A stretch of 64,000 nucleotides of DNA. It comes from Candidatus Woesearchaeota archaeon B3_Woes (lineage in GTDB: Archaea; Nanobdellota; Nanobdellia; Woesearchaeales; B3-WOES). Each line of letters starts with the position of its first letter. The stretch's first letter is position 1. Positions 1 through 9,161 of this stretch are shown piece by piece. The notes beneath the pieces were generated by a model. That model made no database searches. It saw only the letters and a list, made by a program, of their open reading frames with translations, and had not been told where the DNA came from. Where the stretch lies: positions 737,533-801,532 of the forward strand of contig NJBG01000001.1 in NCBI GenBank assembly GCA_005222965.1, written 5' to 3'. A program made the position numbers and the translations under genes.

Positions 1-79
1 CTTTTAATTCTTCAGGACTCATATTCTTAATTTTTTCCTGCATCTCTTTTGCTTCTTCTTCAGACGGCATATTAACCAT
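1..79 (-). CDS. 5' part of a gene running off the window (MVNMPSEEEAKEMQEKIKNMSPEELK), possibly a HIT-family protein
   Basis: Open minus frame from ATG at 79 (or 70) with an upstream TATA-like element; family guess from recalled N-termini only. Confidence 0.4.
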   Translation of the reverse strand, partial: MVNMPSEEEAKEMQEKIKNMSPEELK

Positions 80-150
80 AAATTCGTGTATTTATTTAAA
101 TCTTTTCAAAAATCACAATATTTATAAACAATTAACCCAATATAAAAAGC

Positions 151-291
151 ATGGCAGAAGACATAAGAAAAATAAAATCCTGTCCAGAGTGTGGAAGCAC
201 AAACATTGCATACAAAGAGAATGAAAATCAGATAATATGCAAAGATTGTGGATTAATATACGAACCCTTGGCAGAAAAAACCAAAAAATGA
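151..291 (+). CDS. Small TFIIB-type zinc-ribbon protein (46 aa)
   Basis: Manual translation: CPECGS...IICKDCG; its stop overlaps the next ATG (ATGA). Confidence 0.8.
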   Translation: MAEDIRKIKSCPECGSTNIAYKENENQIICKDCGLIYEPLAEKTKK

Positions 292-764
292 AAAAATATA
301 TTGCTCTAATTTTAATCATAGCGTTGCTTATTTTAGTTGGATGTAAAAAATCAACCATTACACCAACAGGTACTGTAACACTTGATCCACTAGAAGAAGA
401 AATTATAGAAGAAGTTGAACCAGAAGAAACAACTATAGAAGAAAATACAACAGAAACAGAACCAAAAGCAACAATACCAGAAGGAACACACATTGTTGCA
501 ATGCAAATGGCTGGAACAAGCATGGTTTTCTTCCCAAAACAACTAACAATTTCTGTAGGGGATACAATAAGATGGGAAAACAGATTAGATTATCTTAACA
601 AAACAGCAGAACTAACTGTTTACTCTTATCAAAGTTTATTTAGAGGATCTAAATTAAAGTATGGTGAATATTTTGAACATACTTTCAGAGAAAAAGGAAC
701 ATTTAGGTATAATGCATTACCATACATAAAAATATTTAAACCTGGAGAAATAATTGTTAGATAG
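288..764 (+). CDS. Lipoprotein with cupredoxin-like domain
   Basis: Start refined to ATG 288; signal MKKYIALILIIALLILVGC with lipobox; F.PKQLTISVGDTIRWEN and FEHTFREKGTFRY plastocyanin-like strands; no Cys/His copper ligands. Confidence 0.7.
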   Translation: MKKYIALILIIALLILVGCKKSTITPTGTVTLDPLEEEIIEEVEPEETTIEENTTETEPKATIPEGTHIVAMQMAGTSMVFFPKQLTISVGDTIRWENRLDYLNKTAELTVYSYQSLFRGSKLKYGEYFEHTFREKGTFRYNALPYIKIFKPGEIIVR

Positions 765-775
765 AGGTGATATTA

Positions 776-976
776 ATGAAAAAATATAAAAAATCAACAA
801 AGAAAAAAACATATAGAAAACCTATTATGAAACAACAAGACAAAAAAACAGTAGGATCTTCTTTAAAGTATATTACATTAATATTCTTATTAGCAGGATT
901 CTTATTTGAAAACAGACCCCTGATGGGAGTAGGATTAATTGTTTTAGTAGTTTTCTTTATGATGGAAAAACACTAA
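776..976 (+). CDS. Small membrane protein with basic N-terminus
   Basis: GAGGTGA SD at 764-770, ATG 776; two hydrophobic segments. Confidence 0.6.
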   Translation: MKKYKKSTKKKTYRKPIMKQQDKKTVGSSLKYITLIFLLAGFLFENRPLMGVGLIVLVVFFMMEKH

Positions 977-979
977 AAT

Positions 980-1138
980 TTATTTTTTTAATTTTGGTAT
1001 TCCTTTGTAAGCAGCTAGGCCAACTAAGATCAATACCATCCAGAAAATCATAATATCTATTTTTCCTAAAACCATTAGAATCAGATTTAAAACAACAATT
1101 ATAACAAAGAATATCGACAGAATCTTAATTGATTTCAT
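980..1138 (-). CDS. Small two-TM membrane protein (52 aa)
   Basis: Manual translation MKSIKILSIFFVIIVVLNLILMVLGKIDIMIFWMVLILVGLAAYKGIPKLKK. Confidence 0.55.
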   Translation of the reverse strand: MKSIKILSIFFVIIVVLNLILMVLGKIDIMIFWMVLILVGLAAYKGIPKLKK

Positions 1139-1177
1139 TTATTTAAAAAAGAAAATAAAAAAATAAAAAGGTAAAGC

Positions 1178-1480
1178 TTATCGCTTTTTCTTCTTTTTAG
1201 CAGCCTTTTTCTTCTTAACAACTTTTTTCTTAACTGCCTTCTTTTTCTTTCTCTTTCCGCCTCTCACCATTTTTGCGCAAGAGATATCTCCTTGTTTATC
1301 AATGAAATACAAGAATCCAGATTCTTTTTTAACACCAACTTTTGCTACAACTTGGATTTTTGCTTTTCCTTTTTTCTTCCCTCTTGCCATTTTGGCTCTA
1401 GCTACGTTTCCTTTTTTATCAACAAAATATAGGTAGCCAGATTCTTTTTTAACACCAACCTTTTTTACTTTTTGTGCCAT
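1178..1480 (-). CDS. Highly basic protein with internal tandem repeat and Lys/Ala tail (putative nucleic-acid binding)
   Basis: Two copies of KVGVKKESG(Y/F)LYF(V/I)DKxG..AKMxRG; KKKKAVKKK tail; SD-like GAGGT upstream. Confidence 0.75.
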   Translation of the reverse strand: MAQKVKKVGVKKESGYLYFVDKKGNVARAKMARGKKKGKAKIQVVAKVGVKKESGFLYFIDKQGDISCAKMVRGGKRKKKKAVKKKVVKKKKAAKKKKKR

Positions 1481-1600
1481 TTTTTAAACCTCTCTATTTT
1501 TTTAAGACAAAAATTGTCCTATGTCGTCTAAACATAAACTAGTATTTAAAGGTTTCTATTTTTTATCGTCGGAAAAATGATTACTTCTCTGTGACAAAAA

Positions 1601-2845
1601 TCAAATAATAACAAAAACTCTGTCATTCTCCCTCACAACCATCTCAAGCTTTACACCAACAAATCCTTTTTTGATTCCATTTACCCTTTTATGATCTTTT
1701 TGCATTGACTTAATACTTTGCTCAACAACTCCTGTTTTATTCCCCTGAATCATTATATGATCTCCTATTTTTACACCATGAGATTCTATCTTAATTTCAG
1801 CTACCTTAACATTTTTATAAAAATTCTTCACAACCCCTACATAAATCTTCTTTTTTGTTGCTTTACTTCCATAAGTTTTAGACCATTCGTCTATTGGTTT
1901 GCCCATATAAAAACCAGAAGAAAAACCCCTATTGTAAACTGTCTTTAATTTTTCTAATAATTTTTTCTTATCTGCTTTAGGATTATCAATAGCCTCTCTA
2001 TAAATATCTGTAACAACCTTAACATATTCTGGACTTCTGTTTCTGCCTTCTATCTTAAAACAACTAATCCCTGATTTAACTAGTTTGTCTAAAAAAGGCA
2101 AAGCGCACAAATCTTTTGGGCTTAAAACATAATCTTCTCCTATTTCTAATTCATGCTTCTCCTCAACATCCCTCAGAAAAAACTTTTCTTTTTTCTGATG
2201 GTGCTCAGAAATCTTTGATTTCTGACATTTGATTAAATATTTTCTTCTGCAGGGCTGTAGACACTCCCCCCTATTAGCAGATTTTCCAAATACCTCCTGG
2301 CTTAAAAAACACCTTCCAGAAACAGAAACGCACATTGCACCATGCACAAAAGTTTCAATTTTAACATTTATTTTTTCTTTTTTTAATTTCTTTATGATAT
2401 TATTTATCTGCTCCAAAGATAACTCTCTTGCTAAAATAACCCTTTCAAAATTCTTAAACTTCTTTTTTAAAATTTTTATAGCTTCAAAATTAGAAATTGA
2501 TGCTTGTGTTGAAATGTGAATTGGCAGATTTAATTTATTAGCATCACTAATAACAGAGAAATCCCAAGCGATTATTGCATCTATCTTTACTTTTTTAGCT
2601 TTTTTAAGAATTTCTTTAATCTTATTTAGTTCATCATCATAAACAATTGTGTTAATTGCTAAATAAGCTTTAACATTATTCTTATGACATATTTTAACAA
2701 CCTTTTCTAACTCTTTTAGACTAAAATTCTTAGCACCAGCCCTCATATTCATTCCTTTAATCCCAAAATAAACAGCATCTGCTCTAGCTTGAATAGCTGC
2801 TTCTAAACTTACAAAATCCTGTATAGGGCTTAAGAGTTCAACCAT
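1601..2845 (-). CDS. U32 peptidase family protein (TrhP/YegQ-like Fe-S hydroxylase)
   Basis: ELLSP, ADAVYFG, HISTQ, LAREL, HGAMCVSVSGRC...NRGECLQPCR, SPKDLC, KIEGR motifs. Confidence 0.9.
   Translation of the reverse strand: MVELLSPIQDFVSLEAAIQARADAVYFGIKGMNMRAGAKNFSLKELEKVVKICHKNNVKAYLAINTIVYDDELNKIKEILKKAKKVKIDAIIAWDFSVISDANKLNLPIHISTQASISNFEAIKILKKKFKNFERVILARELSLEQINNIIKKLKKEKINVKIETFVHGAMCVSVSGRCFLSQEVFGKSANRGECLQPCRRKYLIKCQKSKISEHHQKKEKFFLRDVEEKHELEIGEDYVLSPKDLCALPFLDKLVKSGISCFKIEGRNRSPEYVKVVTDIYREAIDNPKADKKKLLEKLKTVYNRGFSSGFYMGKPIDEWSKTYGSKATKKKIYVGVVKNFYKNVKVAEIKIESHGVKIGDHIMIQGNKTGVVEQSIKSMQKDHKRVNGIKKGFVGVKLEMVVRENDRVFVII
2171..2227. repeat. Twin perfect hairpin element inserted in frame in the U32 gene
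   Basis: TCAGAAAAAA-6nt-TTTTTTCTGA (2173-2198) and TCAGAAATC-3nt-GATTTCTGA (2205-2225); 57 bp encodes CQKSKISEHHQKKEKFFLR. Confidence 0.75.
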
Positions 2846-3558
2846 TTTCTCACAAAACTTATCTCTTTTTCATACTCATCAATATCTTTTGCACCTATTT
2901 GCGATTCAAGAACAATAGGAAATTTTCCTTTCTTTATAATCTCTAATCCTTTTATATATTCTAATCTTAATGAATGAAGAGGTAAATGCAAATGATTAAA
3001 ATAACTAGCACTAAGATGAGAATAAATAATATCTTTTCTAAATCTCTTAAAAAGATTATTTATTGTGCCTTCTTCAGAAGAATGGGAAGTATCTAAAACA
3101 AGTTTGAAGGATTCATTATCTTTTAAGATTTTAGCATAATCCTTTATTTTAAAACCATGATACTTTTCCATATTCTCTATACTATGTTGATAATCTTTTA
3201 TATTAAACACTTTAAAATTAGTTATTTGTTGAGGGTGAATATTCAAATTAACAGCATCTATTTTATCATAAATATGATATAATTTATCTAGTATTTTTTT
3301 TGTTGCATTATTCTTTGAAAATAACATTTCCTTGCCACCTAAATCAAAAGGGGCATGAACCGTATTAAAATCAAGATCTTTTAGGATTTTTATCGAACTT
3401 TTTTTAATCTTGAACTTTAACAGATCTCTTGCATCTCCTACTAAAAATTCAAAACCATCTATATCTAATTTAGAAACTCGTTTTATTGATTTATTAAAAT
3501 CCTCTTTGAGATAAGGATTATACAAAAGCCCTTTTGACATACAAACTTTTCTTCTCAT
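2830..3558 (-). CDS. Xylose isomerase/AP-endonuclease-2-like TIM-barrel protein
   Basis: VHAPF, NIHP, IENM, LDTSH, HLS...HLHLP, VLES metal-binding pattern. Confidence 0.7.
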   Translation of the reverse strand: MRRKVCMSKGLLYNPYLKEDFNKSIKRVSKLDIDGFEFLVGDARDLLKFKIKKSSIKILKDLDFNTVHAPFDLGGKEMLFSKNNATKKILDKLYHIYDKIDAVNLNIHPQQITNFKVFNIKDYQHSIENMEKYHGFKIKDYAKILKDNESFKLVLDTSHSSEEGTINNLFKRFRKDIIYSHLSASYFNHLHLPLHSLRLEYIKGLEIIKKGKFPIVLESQIGAKDIDEYEKEISFVRKWLNS

Positions 3559-4190
3559 TTTAAATCTAAAATATTAACAAAACCAAAATCACCTTCTAAC
3601 CTAGGACATGCAGTGTTAATCCACGAATCAATAAAAGGAAAGTTTTCTAATTGACTAATATCAACATTATCTGTAATAAAGAAATAAAACTTTTTATCTT
3701 TGTACTTTTTCTCTAAAAATTCTAAGGTTTTCATAGAATATTTTTGTCCTATTTTAGTTGAAACCAAAACTCCAATATTTTCACTAGATAAAAACTTAAT
3801 CATAGCGCCTTTTCTTCTTTTATTATAACTTTCAATCTTTTTCTTATCTAATTCACTAATCTTTCCATCAAAAGGATTCAAAATATAAACATCTTTTCCT
3901 AATAAACCCAAAGCAATTGGATGAAACTGACCAGTTCCAATATACAAAAAAGCATCAACATCATCTTTAATCTTTTTAGCAGAAGAAACATCACATCCTA
4001 AAATCTGGGATTTATATTTTTGCTTTCCTTTACCTAAAAAAACCTTTTTTCCTTTCAACTGTTTTTTAACATCATCTAACTGATCAAGAAACTGTACTGT
4101 TGTAGCTAAACCTATTTTCTGAGGAAGTTTACTTATATTCTTAATCTTTATCTTCCCTCTGTATCTCGCTTCAATAAATAATTGTCTCAT
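3555..4190 (-). CDS. dph2: Diphthamide biosynthesis protein Dph2-like, short form
   Basis: TTVQF, QILGCD, GTGQFHP, STKIGQ, NTACPRL motifs. Confidence 0.8.
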   Translation of the reverse strand: MRQLFIEARYRGKIKIKNISKLPQKIGLATTVQFLDQLDDVKKQLKGKKVFLGKGKQKYKSQILGCDVSSAKKIKDDVDAFLYIGTGQFHPIALGLLGKDVYILNPFDGKISELDKKKIESYNKRRKGAMIKFLSSENIGVLVSTKIGQKYSMKTLEFLEKKYKDKKFYFFITDNVDISQLENFPFIDSWINTACPRLEGDFGFVNILDLK

Positions 4191-4283
4191 GTTAAATTAA
4201 AAGAAAATCTGTTTTTAAAAATCTGTTGGTTTTTATAATAAATAAGCACAAAATATATAAACAAAACAACCCAAGTAATCAAT

Positions 4284-5996
4284 ATGGCAAAAAAAGAAGA
4301 TATAACAACTTTAAGACATTCTACCTCGCATATTCTAGCTCATGCTGTAAAAAAACTATTTCCAAGAACAAAATTAGGAATAGGACCCGCTATAGAAGGT
4401 GGTTTTTATTATGATTTTGATGTTAAAAAATCATTCACTCCTGAAGATACAAAAAAAATAGAATATGAAATGAACAAACTCATAAGGCAAAATCTTGAAT
4501 TCAAAAAACAAATAATAACCAAACAAAAAGCAAAAACATTATTCAAAGATGAACCATATAAACTAGAATTAATAGATGAACTAGAAGGTTCTAAAGTTAC
4601 AATATATACTCAAGGAGATTTTACTGATTTATGCAAAGGTCCACACGTTGAAAATTCTAAAGTTTTAAAGGCATTTAAACTAACAAAAACATCAGGAGCC
4701 TATTGGAGAGGAGATTCTAAAAATAAAATGCTCCAAAGAGTCTATGGAATCGTTTTCCATGAAAAAGAAGAACTAAAAAAATACATTCAACAACTACAAG
4801 AAGCTGAAAAAAGAGATCATAGAAAAATTGGTCAAAAACTAGATCTTTTTTCAATGCATGATGAAGCACCAGGAATGCCTTTTTTCCATGATAAAGGAAC
4901 TTTTATTTTCAATACATTAATTGATTTTATGAGAAACGAGATGAATAGAAAAGGCTATGAAGAAAACAGAACACCTATAATTCTGAATAAAGAATTATGG
5001 TTAAAATCAGGTCATTGGGATCACTATAAAGAAAATATGTATTTTACAAAAATAGATACAACAGATTATGCAGTAAAACCAATGAACTGCCCTGGCAATC
5101 TATTAATATACAAAACAAAAGTACATTCTTATAGAGATTTGCCACTAAAAGCAGGAGAATTTGGTTTAGTCCATAGACACGAATTAAGTGGTGTCTTGGC
5201 AGGCTTATTCAGGGTTAGAGCATTTACACAAGATGATGCACACGTATTTTGTGAGGAAAACCAATTAAAAGATTCTATAATTGAATTAATTGAACTATGT
5301 GATTATACATACAAAACATTTGGATTTACATATGAAGTTGAACTAAGCACAAGACCTGAAAAAGCAATGGGATCAAAAGAAATTTGGGATAAAGCTGAAA
5401 AATTCCTAAAACAAGCTTTGAATGCTAAAAAAATAAAATACAAGATTAATGAGGGAGAGGGAGCTTTTTATGGACCCAAAATTGATTTCCATCTAAAAGA
5501 TTGCATTGGAAGAAAATGGCAGTGCGGAACAATTCAAGTTGATTTTTCCATGCCTGAAAAATTTGACTTAACATATGAAGGAAAAGACGGCAAATCTCAT
5601 CACCCAGTTATGGTACACAGGGCTATCTATGGATCATTAGAAAGATTCTTAGGAATTCTAATAGAACACTATGGAGGAAATTTTCCATTATGGTTAAGTC
5701 CTATCCAAGTAAGAATATTAACTGTTGCAGATAGGTTCAATAGTTATGCTGATAAAGTTTCTAAAGAAATGAAAGATTCCGGATTAAGAGTAGAAGTTGA
5801 TAAACGCGCTGAATCAATCTCAAAAAAAGTAAGAGAAGCTCAACTCTCTAAAATAAATTATATATTAGTAGTTGGGGAAAAAGAAGTAAAAGATAAAACA
5901 ATAACAGTTAGAACAAGAGATAATGTTGTTCATGGTGCTCAAAAAGTTGACTCTTTTATTAAAAAATTATTAGAAGAAAATAATAAAAAAAGGTGA
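4284..5996 (+). CDS. thrS: Threonyl-tRNA synthetase (bacterial-type, no N1/TGS domain)
   Basis: RHSTSH, DLCKGPH, RDHRKIG, KPMNCPG, FYGPKID, HRAIYGSLERF. Confidence 0.97.
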   Translation: MAKKEDITTLRHSTSHILAHAVKKLFPRTKLGIGPAIEGGFYYDFDVKKSFTPEDTKKIEYEMNKLIRQNLEFKKQIITKQKAKTLFKDEPYKLELIDELEGSKVTIYTQGDFTDLCKGPHVENSKVLKAFKLTKTSGAYWRGDSKNKMLQRVYGIVFHEKEELKKYIQQLQEAEKRDHRKIGQKLDLFSMHDEAPGMPFFHDKGTFIFNTLIDFMRNEMNRKGYEENRTPIILNKELWLKSGHWDHYKENMYFTKIDTTDYAVKPMNCPGNLLIYKTKVHSYRDLPLKAGEFGLVHRHELSGVLAGLFRVRAFTQDDAHVFCEENQLKDSIIELIELCDYTYKTFGFTYEVELSTRPEKAMGSKEIWDKAEKFLKQALNAKKIKYKINEGEGAFYGPKIDFHLKDCIGRKWQCGTIQVDFSMPEKFDLTYEGKDGKSHHPVMVHRAIYGSLERFLGILIEHYGGNFPLWLSPIQVRILTVADRFNSYADKVSKEMKDSGLRVEVDKRAESISKKVREAQLSKINYILVVGEKEVKDKTITVRTRDNVVHGAQKVDSFIKKLLEENNKKR

Positions 5997-6002
5997 TTTA
6001 AA

Positions 6003-7052
6003 ATAGATATAAATCAAATTACAGCTTATGTAACAGATTACAAATACCTACAATCATTATTAATATTTGTCTTCTTTTTTATTATATCAAAATTAGTAGT
6101 ATATATTTCAGAAAAACATATACTTAAAATAACTGCGAAAACAAAAACCGAAGTAGATGATCTAATAATCAAAAAAATAAATAAACCAATATCTTTCATA
6201 CTGTTGTTTGTAGGTATTAGGTTGGCTTTAGTCCCTTTACCAGTAGCTGAAAAAGCATTAGGGCATATTAATCATGCTGTTTCATCTCTTGTGATAATTG
6301 CAGTAGGATACATAGTCTTTGATATTCTAAACATACTACTTAATTCATGGAGTACAACCTTTGCTAAAAAAACAAAATCAGAAATTGATGATAACATTGT
6401 TTCATTGTTGAATAAAGTTTCTAGGATTGTTGTAGGTTTGTTAGTATTGCTATTTATTCTTGATGTATGGGGTGTTAAGGTTGGTCCTTTACTAGCTAGT
6501 CTAGGTATTGCAGGCCTTGCAGTTGCATTTGCTCTACAACCAACCCTGTCTAATATATTTGGGGGAATCTCCATGATACTTGATAAAACAATCAAGATTG
6601 GAGATGTAATAAAACTTGATGGAGGAGAGGGCGGAAAAGTTCATGACATTGGTATTAGAAGCACAAAAATTAAAACATGGGATAATGAAATAATCACAAT
6701 ACCAAATGGCAAGCTTGTCGATACTCAAATTAAAAACAAAACACTTCCAGACCCTTCCATAAGGATCAATATAGAATTTGGAGTTGAATATGGTTCTGAT
6801 GTTGATCAGGTAAAAAAATTAGCTTTGGAAACTGTTAAAAAGATTCCAGAAGTCTTAAAAGATCCAGAACCACAAATATGGTTTACACAAATGGGAGATT
6901 TTGCTTTAAACTTCAAAATAATGTTTTGGGTTGATGAATTAAGCAAAAAATGGCCCACTCATCAAAAAGCCATCACAGAACTTTATAATAATCTGAATAA
7001 AGCCCAAATTGGAATTCCATTTCCAACCCGTACAGTTTATTTGCACAAATAG
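6003..7052 (+). CDS. mscS: Small-conductance mechanosensitive channel (MscS family); true start uncertain
   Basis: LGIAGLAVAFALQ, IGIRST, IPNGKL, GIPFPTRTV; frame stays open and TM-coding for 67 codons upstream of the ORF-track TTG at 6204. Confidence 0.85.
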   Translation: MDINQITAYVTDYKYLQSLLIFVFFFIISKLVVYISEKHILKITAKTKTEVDDLIIKKINKPISFILLFVGIRLALVPLPVAEKALGHINHAVSSLVIIAVGYIVFDILNILLNSWSTTFAKKTKSEIDDNIVSLLNKVSRIVVGLLVLLFILDVWGVKVGPLLASLGIAGLAVAFALQPTLSNIFGGISMILDKTIKIGDVIKLDGGEGGKVHDIGIRSTKIKTWDNEIITIPNGKLVDTQIKNKTLPDPSIRINIEFGVEYGSDVDQVKKLALETVKKIPEVLKDPEPQIWFTQMGDFALNFKIMFWVDELSKKWPTHQKAITELYNNLNKAQIGIPFPTRTVYLHK

Positions 7053-7087
7053 AAACATATAAATAGTTTTATTTATAATAGCTTAAT

Positions 7088-7654
7088 ATGAAAAAGAGAC
7101 ACGATATTGCTTTAATTCTTATTGTATTATTAGGAATTGCTACTATTGGTTTTTCTTTATATGATTACTTAAATAAAGAAGAAGTTCAAGAAGTTGCTGT
7201 TGAAGAAGTTTCTGAAGAACCTGTTGTTGAAGAACCAAAACTACTAGGCCCTAACGAAGTTCTAATTCAAATCTTTAGAAACAAATTTGACAAAACAGAA
7301 ATTACAATTGAAACAGGAACAAAAGTTATATGGAAAAACATGGACACAAGACGCCATATGATTACTAATAAAAGATTAGGTTTGTTTAGAACAATGAGAA
7401 AATCTCTTGAATATGGAGATACTTTTGAGTATACTTTTAATGAACCTGGTATTTATGAAATTCTAGAAGCCAATTTCGGTATTAATGGATATGTTATTGT
7501 TGAAGAACCAAAACCAAATCTAATAACTGGTTATGTTGTTTCTAATCTAGAACTAAATGGCCTAAGTTTCCTTCTAATTTCTATAAATCTTTTTGTTATA
7601 ACCGCATTGGCCTTAGTAATCGGCTTTCACATCTCTAGAAAACAGCAGAAATAA
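7088..7654 (+). CDS. Membrane-anchored cupredoxin-like protein; its 3' end is the repeated unit of the cassette array
   Basis: N-terminal TM, ITIETGTKVIWKN...FEYTFNEPGIY, C-terminal TM ending ALVIGFHISRKQQK; similar to 288..764. Confidence 0.75.
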   Translation: MKKRHDIALILIVLLGIATIGFSLYDYLNKEEVQEVAVEEVSEEPVVEEPKLLGPNEVLIQIFRNKFDKTEITIETGTKVIWKNMDTRRHMITNKRLGLFRTMRKSLEYGDTFEYTFNEPGIYEILEANFGINGYVIVEEPKPNLITGYVVSNLELNGLSFLLISINLFVITALALVIGFHISRKQQK

Positions 7655-7660
7655 TTAATT
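7587..7660 (+). repeat. Gene-tail repeat copy 1 (inside the intact gene)
   Basis: ...gccttagtaatcggctttcacatctctagaaaacagcagaaataattaatt. Confidence 0.95.
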
Positions 7661-7738
7661 AATTACTTTGTTTTAATAACCTAACACAATCTTAAAAAAT
7701 CTCCTCTATTCATAATCTTTTATTGATAAGTGAGAAAA

Positions 7739-8788
7739 CTATTTACTGTAAATTTGTTCAAGAGTTGCTAAAGTTAAAGGTTTATTTCCTAAACCTAATT
7801 GTTCTGCATTTTGAAAAAAACCACCAATATACAATATTCTTCTTTTATCAGTTTCAAAAAATAAATTTTGTTTTTCAGCTTCTGTAATATTGTGGTCTAT
7901 TGCTTTTTGTGTTATACGTTGGGTAGATATTTTCTGTTTTAATTGCTCAAAACTATTTTTATCTCCATAAATTAATCTTCCTGCAAATAAAGGATCAGTA
8001 ACACCAATGTCTAAATTATCAGATAATTGAGCGAATTCTTCTCTATTAAGTTCATAAATATTAAGATAACCATTAAAAAAATTAGTTGAAGGATTAGAAG
8101 AAACAACAAATAAGTCAATGTCACTCTCGGGTTTTTGAGAGCCATAAAGAACAACAAAATCAACATTATCAAAAGCAGAATCATATAATTTTTTAACAAC
8201 ATCTATAACTTTGTTATCATCATAAAACTTTGGAAATCCAAGCTGAGACATAAAACCAAATCTTGTAAGTCTTAATTCAGCATCATGAAAAAATTCAAAC
8301 AAAGATACATAATCCTCTGGCAATCCATCTTTTTTCAATTGCCATATTCTTACATTATCAGTTTCTTCACAAAGCAACGCTTCAAGCCATACAGCAAACC
8401 CTTCATAATTATCAATATTTGTTTTACACAAACCCAGAGATTGTTCTTGTGAATTAACTTCATCAAACAAAAAAGATCCTTCATCGCCATTACTCTGAAT
8501 GATATCAACTAATTGTTTGCCAATTTGGGAATGTTCACAAAACAAACCATGACCAAAAAACTCATGAAAAACATTTGAAATTAAAACAGGGCTATCAGTT
8601 CTAACATAAGCAGAATAAGAAGCAGGAACATACAAACCAACACTATTCACATCAAAACCATTAACTTGACAAAAATGTTGCCAATTTTCTGGAGAATAAG
8701 GTTTAAGTTGAGATTGTTGTAATTGTAAGTCGAATTCAGACGAAATGAAAGAAGATGCTTCGAATAGTAGGGAATCTAATGATGACAT
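7739..8788 (-). CDS. Nucleotidyltransferase-domain protein with N-terminal HExxxH region
   Basis: FHEFFGH...EGFA; YGSQKPESDIDLFV (GS-x-DxD); start refined to ATG 8788. Confidence 0.7.
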   Translation of the reverse strand: MSSLDSLLFEASSFISSEFDLQLQQSQLKPYSPENWQHFCQVNGFDVNSVGLYVPASYSAYVRTDSPVLISNVFHEFFGHGLFCEHSQIGKQLVDIIQSNGDEGSFLFDEVNSQEQSLGLCKTNIDNYEGFAVWLEALLCEETDNVRIWQLKKDGLPEDYVSLFEFFHDAELRLTRFGFMSQLGFPKFYDDNKVIDVVKKLYDSAFDNVDFVVLYGSQKPESDIDLFVVSSNPSTNFFNGYLNIYELNREEFAQLSDNLDIGVTDPLFAGRLIYGDKNSFEQLKQKISTQRITQKAIDHNITEAEKQNLFFETDKRRILYIGGFFQNAEQLGLGNKPLTLATLEQIYSK

Positions 8789-8795
8789 TTTTAAT

Positions 8796-9161
8796 TTAGT
8801 CAAATCCCGAATAATCTGCTATTTTTTTTATTTCATCTATAAGTTCACTTCTGCTAGCTTCGTCGGTTCGAATAATTACTTCAATTGTTTCTGGCAAGAA
8901 GATTATGTCCACATCATACTGATTGTTTTCTGTATGTTCCACTCCTGAATATTTTTTATCAATTTTATGCTTCTCACTTCCTATAGACATAATTGGATGT
9001 GCTTCCTCATAGAAAAAAGATGTTTTTTGGAGATTTAGTTTTTCTAAAAAAATAGGAAAAATGTAGAAAAATTGTTCTATTTCATTTTTAGAGAACTTGA
9101 AATAATTTCTTCTATTTTCATTTCCAAGTCCAATAAGTTTAATTTTTTTTATTTCTCCCAT
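8796..9161 (-). CDS. Hypothetical protein
   Basis: 121-aa ORF overlapping its upstream neighbour. Confidence 0.6.
   Translation of the reverse strand: MGEIKKIKLIGLGNENRRNYFKFSKNEIEQFFYIFPIFLEKLNLQKTSFFYEEAHPIMSIGSEKHKIDKKYSGVEHTENNQYDVDIIFLPETIEVIIRTDEASRSELIDEIKKIADYSGFD

Noticed and set aside
122..523. Minus-strand ORF and the many other short ORFs nested in long genes
   Set aside because: Antisense or alternate-frame shadows of well-supported genes, with no motifs
5994..5996. Genome-wide TGA recoding
   Set aside because: Many complete genes end in TGA and conserved genes are uninterrupted under code 11
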